From Pseudomonadota bacterium (GTDB taxonomy: Bacteria; Pseudomonadota; Gammaproteobacteria; Steroidobacterales; Steroidobacteraceae): a stretch of 64,000 nucleotides of DNA. The notes beneath the pieces were generated by a model. It did no database searches. It worked only from the letters and a program-made list of their open reading frames with translations, and was not told the DNA's origin. A program made the position numbers and the translations under genes. Positions 62,318-64,000 of this stretch are shown piece by piece (positions within the stretch are counted from its first letter, which is position 1; every line of letters begins with the position of its first letter). The stretch is taken from contig JANXZZ010000043.1 in NCBI GenBank assembly GCA_025355245.1, forward strand, positions 18,016 through 82,015, read 5' to 3'.

Positions 62318-63118
62318 ATGGGCAGGAATGCGGGTGACACTCACTTGCTGCAGGTTTGTTCAGGTCCGGGGCTGCCGTTGTACGTCGCGGTCTGCCTGCT
62401 TGCGCTTCTGGGGCTGTCGCGACCGGCCGCCGCGACCGACACCGTGCGGGCGGCGGCGGTGACGGCGGAGCTTCGCCAGCACACCCGGGAGCTTCTCGAT
62501 GCCATCGCCCCGGGCCGCGTCGCGGTGTGGGATCGCCTGCTCGATCCGCGCGTCATCCAGGTCGATGAGAACGATGTCGTCCACGACAAGGACCAAATCC
62601 TGGCCGAACTCAAGCCGCTGGCTCCCGGCCTTGTCGGCAATCTCGAAATCGCGGAATTTCGAGTAGCGCTCGCCGGCAACGTGGCGGCGGTCACTCACGA
62701 GGATGCCGAGTTCCTCGACTACCACGGGCAAGTCATCCGCAGCCGCTTCAGGATGACCGACACGTGGATCAAGACTCCCGCGGGGTGGCGCCTGCTCGCC
62801 TCGCAGGTGCTCGCCGTGCTCCAGGATCCGCCGGCGATCGCTCTCGATCCCGCGGCGCTGTGCGCGTATTCGGGCCAGTACGAGTTGACGCCCGAGCTCA
62901 CCGGGACGATCCGGTGCCAGGGCGGGGAACTCAGCTTCGAACGTCCCGGTAAGTCCGCACGGCGTTTTCTTGCCGAGGTACCGGACGTCTTTTTCGAGCC
63001 GGGAGCGCCGCGGACGCGGCGCATATTCCAGCGCGACCCGAGCGGTCGAATTACCGGATTCGTCGACCGTCGCGAGGCGCGCGATATTCACTGGAAGCGC
63101 GTCGCGCCGACGCCGTAG
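62318..63118 (+). CDS. DUF4440 (NTF2-like) protein with DUF3471-like C-terminal domain, exported
   Basis: Part of ORF 62084..63118. ATG at 62318 lies 7 nt after GGGAG. Hydrophobic N-terminus LPLYVAVCLLALLGLS. NTF2-like block VIQVDENDVVHDKDQILAEL...DTWIKTPAGWRLLASQV. C-terminal YSGQYELTPE...FFEPG...GRITGFV. Confidence 0.7.
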   Translation: MGRNAGDTHLLQVCSGPGLPLYVAVCLLALLGLSRPAAATDTVRAAAVTAELRQHTRELLDAIAPGRVAVWDRLLDPRVIQVDENDVVHDKDQILAELKPLAPGLVGNLEIAEFRVALAGNVAAVTHEDAEFLDYHGQVIRSRFRMTDTWIKTPAGWRLLASQVLAVLQDPPAIALDPAALCAYSGQYELTPELTGTIRCQGGELSFERPGKSARRFLAEVPDVFFEPGAPRTRRIFQRDPSGRITGFVDRREARDIHWKRVAPTP

Positions 63119-63264
63119 CCCGCGCGCGGCTTCAAGCCGCGGCGATCGGATCGTCTGCGTCAGAGCGTCGGCGAGTCGTCGCCGAGCAGCGCGCGGCGCA
63201 CGATGCGGATCGGCGGGAAGCCCTGTTGCAGGAAGCGGTCATGGAAGCTCTTGAGGCTGAACGC

Positions 63265-64000
63265 AGCGCCTTCCCGCGCCTTGAGGTCGGCGCGACGTAC
63301 CGGGTCGTCGCCGGCATGACGCTTTTCGGGGGCTATTCGACCAACAACCGCGCGCCGACGCCAAGCGAAATCGAATGCTCCGACCCGTCGCGACCGTGTC
63401 TGCTGCCGCCTAACCTCGCCGGCGATCCACCGACGCTAAGGCAAGTGGTCGCGCGTACCCTTGAGTTCGGCGCGCGCTGCCACGCGCAAGTGGCTGCGGG
63501 CGAGGACATTTCGTGGAATGCGAGCGTCTTTCGTGCGAATCTCGTCGACGACATCTACGGAGCCGCCACGTCCGCGAGTACTGGATTCTTCCAGAACATC
63601 GGCTCGACGCGGCGCCAGGGATTCGAAAGTGCAATCACCTTTCGGGACGCGAAGTGGTCGCTGTCCGGTCAGTTCAGTCTCGTGGACGCGACCTTTCGAT
63701 CGCCGCTGACACTCTATTCGCCCTCGAATCCGCGGCAGGATGCCGGCGGCGATATCCACGTGCAGCCGGATGACCGGCTGCCGCTGGTGCCGCGCGGCTG
63801 CTGGAAGCTTGCCGTCGAGTACGCGGCGTCACCCGCACGGTCGCTTGGCGCGACGCTCGGTGTCGTCGACGGCTCGTTCTACAGGGGTGATGAGTCGAAC
63901 CAGAACGCGGCGCTGCCGGGCTTCACCGTCGCCGGAATCCATACGAGCTTCCGCGTCAACAGGCGGACGCAACTTTTCGCCCGCGTTCAGAACCTGTTCG
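63265..64000 (+). pseudogene. 5'-truncated TonB-dependent receptor (C-terminal barrel only), continues past the window end
   Basis: An open frame not listed in the ORF track reads SAFPRLEVGATYRVVAGMTLFGGYSTNNRAPTPSEIECSDPSRPCLLPPNLAGDPPTLRQVVARTLEFG...FQNIGSTRRQGFE...RLPLVPR...FARVQNLF, typical of the distal half of a TBDR barrel. Only about 150 nt separate it from the preceding gene stop (63118), so plug and proximal barrel are absent. Confidence 0.6.

Noticed and set aside
1-64000. CRISPR arrays, rRNA/tRNA genes, IS elements, and intergenic tandem or REP-type repeats.
   Set aside because: I found no regularly spaced direct repeats, no conserved rRNA or tRNA motifs and no transposase- or integrase-like ORFs on either strand. 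The only repeats seen are the intragenic duplication at 14295-14780 and the DUF885 and kinase paralog pairs.

Overview
This is a visibly GC-rich chromosomal window (third codon positions are mostly G/C) from a Gram-negative, probably proteobacterial genome. The diderm call rests on an RND/OMF efflux pump, TonB-dependent receptors and a DUF481 outer-membrane protein. I call about 55 protein-coding genes, three gene remnants and several regulatory or terminator structures. I recognised no rRNA, tRNA, CRISPR array, IS element, transposase or integrase.

Content:
- Many exported hydrolases: S10, M28, M20, CocE/NonD S15, two amidohydrolases, a type-B carboxylesterase, CapA, two DUF885 paralogs, GH3, GH13 and a sialate-O-acetylesterase-like esterase.
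- A TetR-controlled AcrAB/OprM-type efflux operon.
- mscL, a CDGSH iron-sulfur protein and two partner-less HisKA_3 histidine kinases.
- A co-directional block (15.3-22.0 kb) holding LysR, a PAS kinase, SRPBCC, ArsR, a formaldehyde-activating-enzyme (Fae) homolog, a DddL-type (DMSP-lyase family) cupin, an MFS transporter and a TauE/SafE exporter. A YeiH-family exporter is transcribed divergently from the LysR gene.

Best candidates for something undescribed:
1. The SRPBCC-ArsR-Fae-like-DddL-like-MFS unit (16372-19912), which has two 4-nt start/stop overlaps and a 10-bp inverted repeat upstream.
2. A lone type IV coupling-protein-like ATPase (2621-4186) with no transfer machinery in the window.
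3. A small SD-preceded Cys/His-rich ORF (28274-28483) in a cluster of uncharacterised genes next to a REC-PAS kinase.

Three independent gene remnants point to local gene decay: a glycoside-hydrolase tail, an internally deleted SnoaL-like gene and a 5'-truncated TonB receptor.

All family calls come from motif recognition by eye and need HMM/BLAST confirmation. Start codons are inferred from signal peptides, SD-like sequences and neighbouring gene ends.
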